From an uncultured bacterium (GTDB lineage: Bacteria > Verrucomicrobiota > Verrucomicrobiia > Verrucomicrobiales > DEV007), in contig CAXBMO010000007.1 in assembly GCA_963977015.1 (NCBI GenBank), positions 192,001 to 256,000 on the forward strand: a stretch of DNA of 64,000 nucleotides, given 5' to 3'. Numbering within the stretch: the stretch's first letter is position 1; the number at the start of each line of letters is the position of its first letter. The translations under genes were made by a program, and so were the position numbers. This document shows positions 36,345-45,684 of this stretch, in pieces. A model generated the notes under the pieces. The model did not search any database. It was given only the letters and a program-made list of their open reading frames with translations, and was not told the origin of the DNA.

Positions 36345-37130
36345 CTAAGAATTGGCATCGATATCCGCGATGATTCCCTCAGCAATTGCTTCGGCAACGT
36401 CGCGCTTCACTTGGGCGGGATTGGGAGCGATGTTTAAAACCCGGTCTACGGTTTGAACATCAATGAATTCGATTTCAAGCAGGCAGGCCCGGTTTCTGGA
36501 TTGGCTCGCTGAATTTCCAAGTGAAAGATCGTTGAGAACGGCGAGACGAGTCTCCTTCAATCCACGATCCTTCGCATTTGCGTCATGACTCTTCAGTGCA
36601 CTGAAGACGCGACTCTGAATTCGCTGCGCGAGTCCCCGATCCTTGGTCAAGTTCACATTACCGCCATCACCGCCGGGACGAACATGAGTTTCAACCCCGC
36701 GGGCGGAGGCGTTGAACGCATTGAAATGGAGACTGACAAAAACCACGGCTCCGGTATCGCGAGCTCGGTTGGCGCGAGCGGACAGCCCCACGTTGACGTC
36801 GGAAGTCCGTGTCATCACCACATTCAGGTCGGGCGATAAAGCATTCAACTTGTCCCTCACCAGTTGCCCAAGTTCCAAGGTGAGGTGCTTTTCCAGTTTG
36901 CCGGAGTAACTCGTCGCATTATTGGGCGAGGAACCGCCGACTCTCGTGCTTCCGCCATGCCCGGGATCAATGACAACCGTCACCCCGGACGAAGTTGGTG
37001 GATCTGGCGTCGGCGTAGAGGGCGGAGTGGGAGTGGTTGGAGGCGTTACCGTTTCGCATCCGGTCCAGAGGGCCAGCAAGGCGAACACAACGAGAAGGCA
37101 GCAACGTCGAATCCCGGCTTTAGACATCAT
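36345..37130 (-). CDS. N-acetylmuramoyl-L-alanine amidase (Amidase_3), lipoprotein
   Basis: Lipobox WTGC, Pro/Thr linker, VVIDPGHGG, EKHLTL, LSARANRA, FVSLHFNA, CLLEIEF (Zn ligands and catalytic Glu). Confidence 0.9.
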   Translation of the reverse strand: MMSKAGIRRCCLLVVFALLALWTGCETVTPPTTPTPPSTPTPDPPTSSGVTVVIDPGHGGSTRVGGSSPNNATSYSGKLEKHLTLELGQLVRDKLNALSPDLNVVMTRTSDVNVGLSARANRARDTGAVVFVSLHFNAFNASARGVETHVRPGGDGGNVNLTKDRGLAQRIQSRVFSALKSHDANAKDRGLKETRLAVLNDLSLGNSASQSRNRACLLEIEFIDVQTVDRVLNIAPNPAQVKRDVAEAIAEGIIADIDANS

Positions 37131-37273
37131 AATTGGAATCACTTCAACGGAAGAGCTTGGTCAGGTCAACTCAAAAAAAGCCGCATTCCTGTCTTAGCCA
37201 GAAACGCAAGAATTGTGGGTTGGAAGGGGATTTTGGGCTTGTCTCTCGCCTCGCATTGCGTTGGATGGAGTCC

Positions 37274-38713
37274 ATGAAGATCCCATTCCCTGTTTTTTGG
37301 TTCGCAGCGCTTGCGAGCCTTACCTGTGCCACGGCGCAGGAACGCCCTCCCAACATTGTCGTCATGTTCACGGACGATCAGGGCTATGGAGACGTGGGAT
37401 GCTACGGAGCCAAGGACTTCAAAACGCCGCATCTCGACCAAATGGCGGCGGAGGGAGTTCGCTTTACCGACTTCTATGTTTCCAGCCCGGTTTGCTCAGC
37501 TTCCAGAGCCGCCCTCCTGACGGGATGCTATCACGAACGGGTCGGAATTTCAGGGGCCCTTGGGCCGGCAAGCAAAACCGGGCTTGCACCGGAGGAAGAG
37601 ACGCTTGCCGAGATCTGCAAACAGCGCGGATACGCCACTGCGGCGATTGGGAAGTGGCACCTGGGACGCCCGTCCCAGTTTCTGCCAACCAACCAGGGAT
37701 TCGACGAGTATTTCGGTCTTCCCTACTCCAACGACATGTGGCCCTTTCATCCGAACGTTCTCCACCTGCCGATGAAGGAACGCATCAAGCGATGGCCCCA
37801 TCTTCCGTTGATTGAAGGAACTGAGGTCATTGTGGACGAAGTTACGCCGGAAACACAACGCTCGCTATCCACCTGGTATGCTGACAAGGCCGTCAATTTT
37901 ATCGAAAGGAACAAGAAGAAGCCCTTTTTCCTCTATGTGGCCCACTCTCAGCCGCACGTTCCTCTTTATGTTTCCGACCAATTCGAGGGCAGCAGCGAGA
38001 ATGGCCTGTTCGGGGATGTCATCCAGGAAATCGATGACACCATGGGCCGGATTCTGGCGAAATTGGAAGAAATTGGACAAGCTGAGAACACCCTCGTGAT
38101 TTTCACTTGTGACAACGGTCCCTGGTTGAGTTACGGCACGCATTGCGGTACGGCAGGTCCGCTTCGAGAAGGCAAGGGCACGTGCTGGGATGGCGGGATT
38201 CGCGTCCCCTTTATTGCACGCTGGCCCGGCAGGATTCCAGCTGGAAACACCTGTTCCGAACCAGCTGCCACCATTGACATTTTGCCAACAGTTGCAAATC
38301 TCATTGGTGCAAAGCAGCCCAAACGGCCGATCGACGGAAAAGACATTTGGCCCCTTCTCTCCTCCGCGGAAGGGGCGAAATCACCGCACGACGCACTGTT
38401 TTTTTACTACAAAAGGACCGAACTCCAGGCGGTTCGAAGCGGAAAATGGAAGCTGATACTGCCGCACAAATACCGGTCCCTGAATGGCCGCAAAGGCCGA
38501 AATGACGGCATTCCCGTTCCCTACGACAACAACGATGCGGAACTGGGCCTCTATGACCTCTCGAACGACATTGGCGAACAGAAGAATCTGGCAGCCCAAA
38601 ATCCTGAAGTCGTTGCCGAACTGATGAAAAAAGTAGAGTCCATGCGCAACGATTTGGGTGATACGCTAACCAAAACCCAAGGCAATGGACGGAGAAAACC
38701 CGGTACAAGCTGA
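37274..38713 (+). CDS. Sulfatase (formylglycine-dependent, arylsulfatase A-like)
   Basis: Signal peptide, PNIVVMFTDDQGYGD, CSASRAALLTG, GKWHLG, PHVP, DNG, GGIRVP. Confidence 0.95.
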   Translation: MKIPFPVFWFAALASLTCATAQERPPNIVVMFTDDQGYGDVGCYGAKDFKTPHLDQMAAEGVRFTDFYVSSPVCSASRAALLTGCYHERVGISGALGPASKTGLAPEEETLAEICKQRGYATAAIGKWHLGRPSQFLPTNQGFDEYFGLPYSNDMWPFHPNVLHLPMKERIKRWPHLPLIEGTEVIVDEVTPETQRSLSTWYADKAVNFIERNKKKPFFLYVAHSQPHVPLYVSDQFEGSSENGLFGDVIQEIDDTMGRILAKLEEIGQAENTLVIFTCDNGPWLSYGTHCGTAGPLREGKGTCWDGGIRVPFIARWPGRIPAGNTCSEPAATIDILPTVANLIGAKQPKRPIDGKDIWPLLSSAEGAKSPHDALFFYYKRTELQAVRSGKWKLILPHKYRSLNGRKGRNDGIPVPYDNNDAELGLYDLSNDIGEQKNLAAQNPEVVAELMKKVESMRNDLGDTLTKTQGNGRRKPGTS

Positions 38714-38790
38714 GTTTTCTTGCTCTTATCCTTTATTTTGCCACTTGGATCGTGTTGCATTTCGGTCCTGCTGAGAGCACTTTCAACGTT

Positions 38791-39261
38791 ATGTGGGAAA
38801 TCACCGACCAACAACTCTCCGATCACTCGGAATGGCTTAAGTCCAACGGACAAAGCGGAAGCAGAATGGACAAAACGGGACGCGACCTTTCGAATTCGGC
38901 ACACCCCGGAGCGAAAATGGATCAAGGGAAATTTATCGGAGCTCGGTTTAACAACGCCAACCTGGAAGGGGCTTCCTTCGCCGAGGCCGATTTCAGTGGA
39001 GCTCGCCTGGAGAAAGCAAACCTCAAGGGAGTCAACTTTCGCGGAGCCGATCTCGGCGGGGTAACTTTGGATGGGGCGGATTTAACCGGTGCCGATTTGA
39101 CCAATGCGGATTGCTCCGGCGCGACGTTTCGGAATGCCAATATGACCAATACCATTTGCACCAACATCGATTTTGTCGCAGCAGACCTGACCGGTGCCAA
39201 GCAGGATGGCATGAAGATTTCCGGAGAAGCCCGCCTACGGGACGCGCAGGGATTGAAGTAA
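38791..39261 (+). CDS. Pentapeptide-repeat protein
   Basis: HSEWL...G N-cap followed by A(D/N)LxG repeats (ANLEGASFAEADFSGARLEKANLKG...). Confidence 0.9.
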   Translation: MWEITDQQLSDHSEWLKSNGQSGSRMDKTGRDLSNSAHPGAKMDQGKFIGARFNNANLEGASFAEADFSGARLEKANLKGVNFRGADLGGVTLDGADLTGADLTNADCSGATFRNANMTNTICTNIDFVAADLTGAKQDGMKISGEARLRDAQGLK

Positions 39262-39274
39262 ATCGGGCTACCGG

Positions 39275-40246
39275 TTATTGCTCAAGCACGTATTGGAAAA
39301 TGAGGGGAGCCACGATAGTGGCATCGGACTCAATCATGTAGCTTGGCGTATCGCCAGACAGCTTATCCCAAGTGATTTTCTCGTTGGGAACGGCCCCCGA
39401 ATAGGAGCCGTAGCTGGTTGTAGAATCGCTGATCTGGCAAAAATAGGCCCAATGGGGAACCTCGGTTTTTTCCAGGTCCACCCGCAACATCGGCACCACA
39501 CAGATGGGGAAATCCCCCGCAATGCCCCCGGCAATCTGGAAAAATCCCACGCTTGAAGTGCTGGTCGTGTCCTCATACCAGGCAGCCAACTCCGTCATGT
39601 ATTCGATGCCCATTCGCATTCCCACCGGACTAAGGTGATTCCGCATACAATGGGAAGCATACATGTTGCCAAGGGTGCAATCTTCCCACCCTGGAACAAA
39701 CATGGGAAGGTTCTTCTCCGCGGCGGCAACCATCCAGCTGTCTTTCGGATCAATCTGAGAATGAGGTTCAAGTTTTCCTGACCGAATCAGCTCAAAGAGA
39801 TGTTGATGAGGGAAAAGGCGGTCGCCCCGTTTCTCGGTCTGCGTCCACTGCTCGAGCACCAGGTCATGAAGAACGGCCATTGCCTGTTCTTCCGGGATGC
39901 AGGTGTCAGTCACGCGGCAAAGCTTGGCCTCATGAATTGCCACCTCGTCGTCAGTCGTGAGATAGCGGTAGTTCGGCACTCGTCGATAATGATCGTGGGC
40001 AATGAGATTGTAGACATCCTCCTCGAGATTGGCTCCGGTGCAGCAAATCGCATGCACCTTGTCTTGCCGGATCATTTCTGCCAAAGAAAGCCCCAGTTCG
40101 GCCGTACTCATGGCGCCCCCCATCGTAAAAAACATTTTCCCTCCATCATCCAACAATTTCACATAGCCTTCAGCGGCATCCTTCAACGAGGCACTATTGA
40201 AATGGCGATAATGATGGCGAATGAAAGTTGAAATGGGTTGGGACAT
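39275..40246 (-). CDS. Deoxyhypusine-synthase-like protein (probable polyamine/homospermidine biosynthesis)
   Basis: HFNS, GAMSTAELG, CTGANLEED, RVTDTCIPEE, PGWED, GGIAGDFPIC, SYSGAVPNEKITW, IESDATI. Confidence 0.9.
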   Translation of the reverse strand: MSQPISTFIRHHYRHFNSASLKDAAEGYVKLLDDGGKMFFTMGGAMSTAELGLSLAEMIRQDKVHAICCTGANLEEDVYNLIAHDHYRRVPNYRYLTTDDEVAIHEAKLCRVTDTCIPEEQAMAVLHDLVLEQWTQTEKRGDRLFPHQHLFELIRSGKLEPHSQIDPKDSWMVAAAEKNLPMFVPGWEDCTLGNMYASHCMRNHLSPVGMRMGIEYMTELAAWYEDTTSTSSVGFFQIAGGIAGDFPICVVPMLRVDLEKTEVPHWAYFCQISDSTTSYGSYSGAVPNEKITWDKLSGDTPSYMIESDATIVAPLIFQYVLEQ

Positions 40247-40381
40247 AACTTGGGCTGAATTGGACTTTTATTAACCGGATTCAATGCTTTAGGGTCGCGA
40301 AAATGCAACGTTTTCAGCACCCTAACTTGGTGGCTACAATCCAACCGTGGCAATAGCTTTTCCCGACAAATTCATTCATCC

Positions 40382-41164
40382 ATGCCAAAATCCAGCGACG
40401 CAATCCGCAAGGCGAACCTAGACGGAAACTTGGGTTTGATCATTTACTCCATTCCAAATTTTCCGGACCCGGAAACCTATCTGGCAGTGCTCAACGAATT
40501 GGAATCCAATTCGTTCGTCAGCGTCTTGGAAACCACGTTTCCGGTCGCCGACCGATATTCCGAGTACGCGAATGAGACCATTCAGAATGCTCACCATACC
40601 GCCATCCAATATGAATCCGGTTTGGGTTCGATTGACCATCTCCAGACGATTTCAAAGCCCAAGATTTGTGTGCTCTACCGCGCAACTTATGAGGACGAAG
40701 GATTCACCAAAATTCTGGACTATTCCCAAGGAAACCTCGATGGAATCCTGTTCGAATGGGAGGTTGAAAGCGACTCGGATTTCGTCAGCCTGGGCCAACA
40801 GCGCAATATCGAGGTAATCCATTGTGCCGGAAGTTATCTGACCGAAGCCGAAGTGGATGATCTGGCCAAAAAACTGCCCCAGAACCCGCTTATTTACTTT
40901 GAAGCCGCCTCGATGACCGGAGCTGAATTGTCTGATATCGACGAAATGAAACAGTTTGCCAAACTCCTAAAATCAAAGCGTCCTGACTTCTGCCTCGCCG
41001 CTGGTTTTGGCGTAAAAACTCCAGAAGACGTCGCCCTGTTGGCAGGTATTGAGGAGATGGACGCCGTCATTGTAGGAACCGCGTTTCTCCAGGCGATCGA
41101 GAAGGGAACTGCTTCAGCGATCGATTACGTGGATAGCATCACCCGCTCTTTGACACGCTCATGA
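40382..41164 (+). CDS. Divergent tryptophan-synthase-alpha-like (TrpA-like) TIM-barrel protein
   Basis: FPD, LE..FP...TIQNAH, DGIL, IY....MTG, AAGFGVKTPEDV, DAVIVGTAF. The canonical PFSDPxADG loop is not conserved. Confidence 0.7.
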   Translation: MPKSSDAIRKANLDGNLGLIIYSIPNFPDPETYLAVLNELESNSFVSVLETTFPVADRYSEYANETIQNAHHTAIQYESGLGSIDHLQTISKPKICVLYRATYEDEGFTKILDYSQGNLDGILFEWEVESDSDFVSLGQQRNIEVIHCAGSYLTEAEVDDLAKKLPQNPLIYFEAASMTGAELSDIDEMKQFAKLLKSKRPDFCLAAGFGVKTPEDVALLAGIEEMDAVIVGTAFLQAIEKGTASAIDYVDSITRSLTRS

Positions 41165-41880
41165 ATCCATACGCCGATCTTCACTGGGACTGCGAAAAGC
41201 CGCAGACTCGAATCAAGCTCTGCGAATTCGAGAACCTGGACTCTGCTTACGAGGCATCGTTTCTCGGCTGCGAATTTCTCGGATTTCACCTGTTCAGCGA
41301 CCAGGACATTCCGGTCAAAACTGCCAAATTTGAGGAAATTTTCGAGGAACTCCCCCCTTACGTCGAGAAAACGCTGCTAACGGATCTCGAAATCGGCAAG
41401 CTCCTCCCGATCCTGAAAAGGCTGAAACCGGAAGCGGTTCAGTACTACGACGATACACCGACCGAACATCTGGAGGCGATTCGAGACCAATTTCCAGCGA
41501 TCCGGATCCTCAAGGTCATGTCCGACAAATCGGAGGAAAATGATCCTTCGGATGACGACGCGTTTCTTGAGCGGTATCTGCCGTGGTGCGATGCCATCCT
41601 CCTGGACAGCATCCGGGATGGTGGAAGCGGAAAGACCGGCGATTGGGCGCACTGTGCAGAAATCGTCAAAAAGTCCCCCAAACCAGTGTTCCTCGCCGGG
41701 GGACTCAATCCCTACAATGTGAAGGAAGCGATCCAACAGGTCAGGCCATTCGGAGTTGATGTCGAAAACGGAGTCAGCAACCGAATCCCATCGGGAATCA
41801 GGCTCAAGAACCTCCAGAAATGCCGCCTCTTTATCGAAGCCGTTCGGGAAGCAGATTGGCGCCTCGGTCGCGTCCTATGA
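41161..41880 (+). CDS. Phosphoribosylanthranilate-isomerase-like (TrpF-like) protein
   Basis: IKLC, FLGF, AVQ, ILLDS...GGSGKTGDW, FLAGGLNPYNV, RPFGVDVENGV. ATGA-coupled to the TrpA-like gene. Confidence 0.8.
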   Translation: MNPYADLHWDCEKPQTRIKLCEFENLDSAYEASFLGCEFLGFHLFSDQDIPVKTAKFEEIFEELPPYVEKTLLTDLEIGKLLPILKRLKPEAVQYYDDTPTEHLEAIRDQFPAIRILKVMSDKSEENDPSDDDAFLERYLPWCDAILLDSIRDGGSGKTGDWAHCAEIVKKSPKPVFLAGGLNPYNVKEAIQQVRPFGVDVENGVSNRIPSGIRLKNLQKCRLFIEAVREADWRLGRVL

Positions 41881-42984
41881 GATTTTCCCTTCCACCAGTT
41901 GACGGAACGTCGCGATCTCATAGTGGGCCAATGCCAAGGTCCGATTATCCATCGTCTCCCTAACCCTGGAAGGAACTGTTTTCGGGCAATCCAAATCCAA
42001 TTGGAAGAGCCAATTGTGAGAGACGATCGTTTCAACATCCCGCAGAAACTCGTATCCTCGATAGGCCAAGCCGTCATACAACTCGTATAGCCAAGGAACA
42101 GTGTTATAGAGGAGCATTCCCCCTTCATCCTTAAAGTAGGATAACAACCATAGAGGAAACGTTCCATTGACTCCGCTCTCAACGAATACAGGAGGCTTTT
42201 CCAGCCCCAACTGATCGAGTTGAGCCTTGGTGTCGTCAATGAAGTCCTGCGGCAACACTCCAGGAGAGAATGCACACTCTCGATACTCCTTCCGCAGCTG
42301 ATCCAATGGGAGCAATTCCCTGCTGCTCATCAAACTCTTGTAGAGCGCTTCGTAAATGAGAATCTCGTAAATCTCTTCGAACCCGGCATACGCATTGGTA
42401 AACGTTCGATTAAAGATTAGCGCCTTGGGAGAGTAGCGATTCTTCCAGACCAATCCCAAGCAAATGAGAAGCGTATCTCGCAAGAGCATGACCGGCTGCG
42501 TGTCGTCGCGAATCAAGACATCTTCAATCCATTGCAAATAGGAAGCCATTTCCTCCAACACCCGTCGAGTTTGCCCTTCCCATTTCGTCATCGCGTCCCT
42601 ACTTGGAAAGTGCATGCGAATGTCTGGAACTTCGTCGATTTCCGCCAACCGAAGGACATATTCGGGCAGCTCCCAAGACTTCCCCGCCATAAAAAGCAAC
42701 CCGAGTTGGCCTCCATCCATTGCCGAACTGGGCTCCGTCATCAAGCCGGGCCCTTTTTCGAGCAATCTCCCCAGCCGGACTCCGGCATCTTCCGGTTCCA
42801 ATGCCGCCTTTACATAGTCCGCATAACCTTCGGCTTCATAGTCATTCAGGACCTGCCGAACCGTCGCGGCATCTCCAAGAGCTTTCTCCAAATCAACGCC
42901 TTGCGCCTGTTCCCAGGACAACAGTCGAGATTTTAAAAATCGAGAAATAAATAACGCTTCGTAATCCTCTACCATTTCAAACAC
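41875..42984 (-). CDS. Hypothetical protein
   Basis: 369-aa ORF starting 9 bp after the MATE stop. Contains PVMLLRD and VFVESGVNGT, weakly reminiscent of PRTase-like folds. Confidence 0.65.
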   Translation of the reverse strand: MFEMVEDYEALFISRFLKSRLLSWEQAQGVDLEKALGDAATVRQVLNDYEAEGYADYVKAALEPEDAGVRLGRLLEKGPGLMTEPSSAMDGGQLGLLFMAGKSWELPEYVLRLAEIDEVPDIRMHFPSRDAMTKWEGQTRRVLEEMASYLQWIEDVLIRDDTQPVMLLRDTLLICLGLVWKNRYSPKALIFNRTFTNAYAGFEEIYEILIYEALYKSLMSSRELLPLDQLRKEYRECAFSPGVLPQDFIDDTKAQLDQLGLEKPPVFVESGVNGTFPLWLLSYFKDEGGMLLYNTVPWLYELYDGLAYRGYEFLRDVETIVSHNWLFQLDLDCPKTVPSRVRETMDNRTLALAHYEIATFRQLVEGKIS

Positions 42985-42993
42985 GTATTCCCT

Positions 42994-44364
42994 TCATTCT
43001 TCGGTTACCGGATTGTTGAATCGCCAACCACCGGACTTCCACCGTAGGGCGAGAACCAGCGCAACAACCGCGCGGTTCGCGGCGATGACAAGCCAAATCC
43101 CATACGATCCCAAATCAGGAAAGTAGTGGCTCATCAACCATCCTCCGGCAAGGATCACTAGGGAATTCGCCAAAAAAGTTGCTTTCAGCGTCCAGGCGGC
43201 ATCTCCGGCACCATTCAAGGCATTGTCCACCGCGTAAAGGCACGCATCAAACGCGAGAATGACGGGGAGCAGAACCATGCATTTGACACCGATTCCGATC
43301 GCTTCGCCTGAGTTGGTAAAGCTGGCAAAAATTTCCGTTCCAAAGTGCCAGCATAGAACTCCCGCACCACCCATGAACACCAGGTTCAGGAGGAGGGTTG
43401 AACGAAGATCCCGGTTCGCCTCCTTCTCGTCACCAGCGGCCAAGTGATGCCCAATCAAAGTCGTTAACGCAACGCCTACCCCATCGCCGGGCACACTTAT
43501 CAACATCAACACACTGTAAACAATGGCTGCAGCGGCAAGATGTTCCGTTCCAAAACCGCCGATAAAAAAGATCAACGCAACATTCCAGAAAAGCGTGTCC
43601 GCCACATCAATAAATCCATTCGGCAATCCTATTTTCAAAAGGTCCCACCCCTTTCGGAAACTGATTCTTGGAATCCACGTACGGTAGACGCGAAGAGCTG
43701 GATGGAAGAAAAACATTCCCAATAGCAAAACGGCCCAAACCACAGATGCGACAACCGTTCCCCATGCCGCTCCCGCGATTCCCATTGGCGCCACCAAACC
43801 CGGAACACCGAACATCAGAATATAGTTCAATATAATATTCAGAACTACATGCACAATACCACCCCACATCGGCAGAAGCGGCAACCGGGCTGCAAAGAAA
43901 AAATTTGCCAGAGCAGCAGCCAGCACTTGAGCTGGAAAAGCCCAAACTGAAATCTCAAAATAGGTAACCTCCGAGAGATAAACTGGGTAATCATGGTTGA
44001 GCGGACGAAAAATCGATTCCGCGACAAAATGAAGTGACGCTCCCAAGGCGCCGACCAACAGAGCAATGAAGATGGCTTGCCATGCATAGGCGGAACATGA
44101 TTCCGGGCCAAACCTTCGGGCTGCATGCGAACCACAGGTATTCAGTGCAGTCATGAGGCCCACTGCAAAACCGAGCAAAACGTAGAGTACCTGCTGTGCA
44201 GGCATCAACGCAGCCAGGAATTCTTCACCCAATTGTCCCACCATCCAGGTATCCGTGAATTGCCGGGCCGCGAACGCAAAATAGGTCACCACGGTAGGCC
44301 ATGCCAACACCAGAACCGACTCCAACCGTCTCCCGTTTGCAATAGTATCCACCTCGCTCTCCAT
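42994..44364 (-). CDS. MATE family efflux transporter
   Basis: LAWP, DTWMVGQLG...LAA, NIILNYILMFG...MGIAGAAWGT, KIGLP, GAGDA, G.YGIW; multiple TM segments. Confidence 0.92.
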   Translation of the reverse strand: MESEVDTIANGRRLESVLVLAWPTVVTYFAFAARQFTDTWMVGQLGEEFLAALMPAQQVLYVLLGFAVGLMTALNTCGSHAARRFGPESCSAYAWQAIFIALLVGALGASLHFVAESIFRPLNHDYPVYLSEVTYFEISVWAFPAQVLAAALANFFFAARLPLLPMWGGIVHVVLNIILNYILMFGVPGLVAPMGIAGAAWGTVVASVVWAVLLLGMFFFHPALRVYRTWIPRISFRKGWDLLKIGLPNGFIDVADTLFWNVALIFFIGGFGTEHLAAAAIVYSVLMLISVPGDGVGVALTTLIGHHLAAGDEKEANRDLRSTLLLNLVFMGGAGVLCWHFGTEIFASFTNSGEAIGIGVKCMVLLPVILAFDACLYAVDNALNGAGDAAWTLKATFLANSLVILAGGWLMSHYFPDLGSYGIWLVIAANRAVVALVLALRWKSGGWRFNNPVTEE

Positions 44365-44442
44365 AGACTGAATTTTAAGACATGCTAATTTCTATGCGAC
44401 ACTTATAGTTTTTACGGTTATTGTAAAGTCGATACCAAAACC

Positions 44443-45609
44443 ATGAAAATCCGAACATTCTCACTCCTTCTTTGCTTTGCATTCACCAGCGCAGCACTTT
44501 TATCCGTAAGCTGCAAAAAAGAACCAGACAAGCCTTCATCTGCAGGGACCGCAAAAGACACCACGCCATTGGTAATTTGCGCCTGGGCAGGAGAAGAATA
44601 TGTAGCGGCAGAGGCTCTCGAACTCTTCACCCAGGAAACTGGACGGGAAATTCGAGTCGATGCCTATGAGAACGCGGATGAATTGAGAGCACTTCTTGAA
44701 TCGAATCCAGGCGTGTATGACATCGTCATCACCGATGAGGCGGCGCGTCGTGAGTTGCAAGAGCTTCAGCTACTGGCTCAACTGGATTTTGAAAGCCTCC
44801 CAAATACCAAACACCTGGGCAAACGCTTCTGGAACACGGACAAAGCAGCTTCGACCCCGAATGCAATTCCATACCTTTGGGGTTCAACCGTCGTTGCCTA
44901 TCGCACTGACAAACTGGATCTGACCGAAGAAGAATTTAGTTGGGACCTCTTTTGGGATCCGGCAGTGAAAGGAAGATGCGCTCTGATCAACGAGAAGGTC
45001 GACATCTTCGCCATCGGCCTGATTAAAAATGGATTCTCGGCCAATTCAAACAATCCAACAGAACTTGATCTGGCCCAAAAGAGTCTGGAAGAGGTAGCAA
45101 GTGCCAATGCGCTTCAGTTTGACGGAGGCTGGGAGAATATGGAACGCCTCGCGAGTGGAGAACTTTGGGTGGCCCATTGCTATAGCGGTGATGCGGCATA
45201 CTTTGCGTTTGAAGACGAAAATATTGGTTACTTCATGCCGAAGGAAGGAGCCCAACTTTGGATGGACGAGTTCGTTATTCCCAGAGACAGCAATAACACC
45301 ACAGGGGCACACGAATTCATTAACTTTATGCTGCGTCCAGACGCAGCCGCGATCAGTGCGAATACCTTGTGGTATCTGACTCCAAACGAGACCGCACTTC
45401 CGATGCTTGATGAAGAGCTTCTTGCCGACACGGTCCTGAATCCTTCCGAAGAAATGTTGGAAAAGTGTGAGTTCATTGATCCCCTTACAGGTTTGCGCGA
45501 GCGGACCATGCAACTGGGAATGCGCTCGATCAGGTCCGTATCCGAGAAAGCCCTGACGCAGGTGGACGATGCCACTAGTCCAGAGACGGCAATGAACCCA
45601 ACTCACTAG
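44443..45609 (+). CDS. PotD/PotF-type polyamine-binding lipoprotein
   Basis: Lipobox SVSC, FTQETG, YDIV, PYLWG, SWDLFWD, G.S.NS, YSGDA, PKEG...[13 protein letters not shown]. Confidence 0.85.
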   Translation: MKIRTFSLLLCFAFTSAALLSVSCKKEPDKPSSAGTAKDTTPLVICAWAGEEYVAAEALELFTQETGREIRVDAYENADELRALLESNPGVYDIVITDEAARRELQELQLLAQLDFESLPNTKHLGKRFWNTDKAASTPNAIPYLWGSTVVAYRTDKLDLTEEEFSWDLFWDPAVKGRCALINEKVDIFAIGLIKNGFSANSNNPTELDLAQKSLEEVASANALQFDGGWENMERLASGELWVAHCYSGDAAYFAFEDENIGYFMPKEGAQLWMDEFVIPRDSNNTTGAHEFINFMLRPDAAAISANTLWYLTPNETALPMLDEELLADTVLNPSEEMLEKCEFIDPLTGLRERTMQLGMRSIRSVSEKALTQVDDATSPETAMNPTH

Positions 45610-45684
45610 AGTCGGATTCACGCGAAGTGATATCAGTCTTCACTCTATTTGACCTCAAATAGCCGTTCCCCCAAGCTCAAGTCG

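Noticed and set aside
38940-39210. Repetitive DNA as a possible CRISPR or tandem array
   Set aside because: The periodicity comes from pentapeptide-repeat coding; there are no identical repeats with unique spacers.
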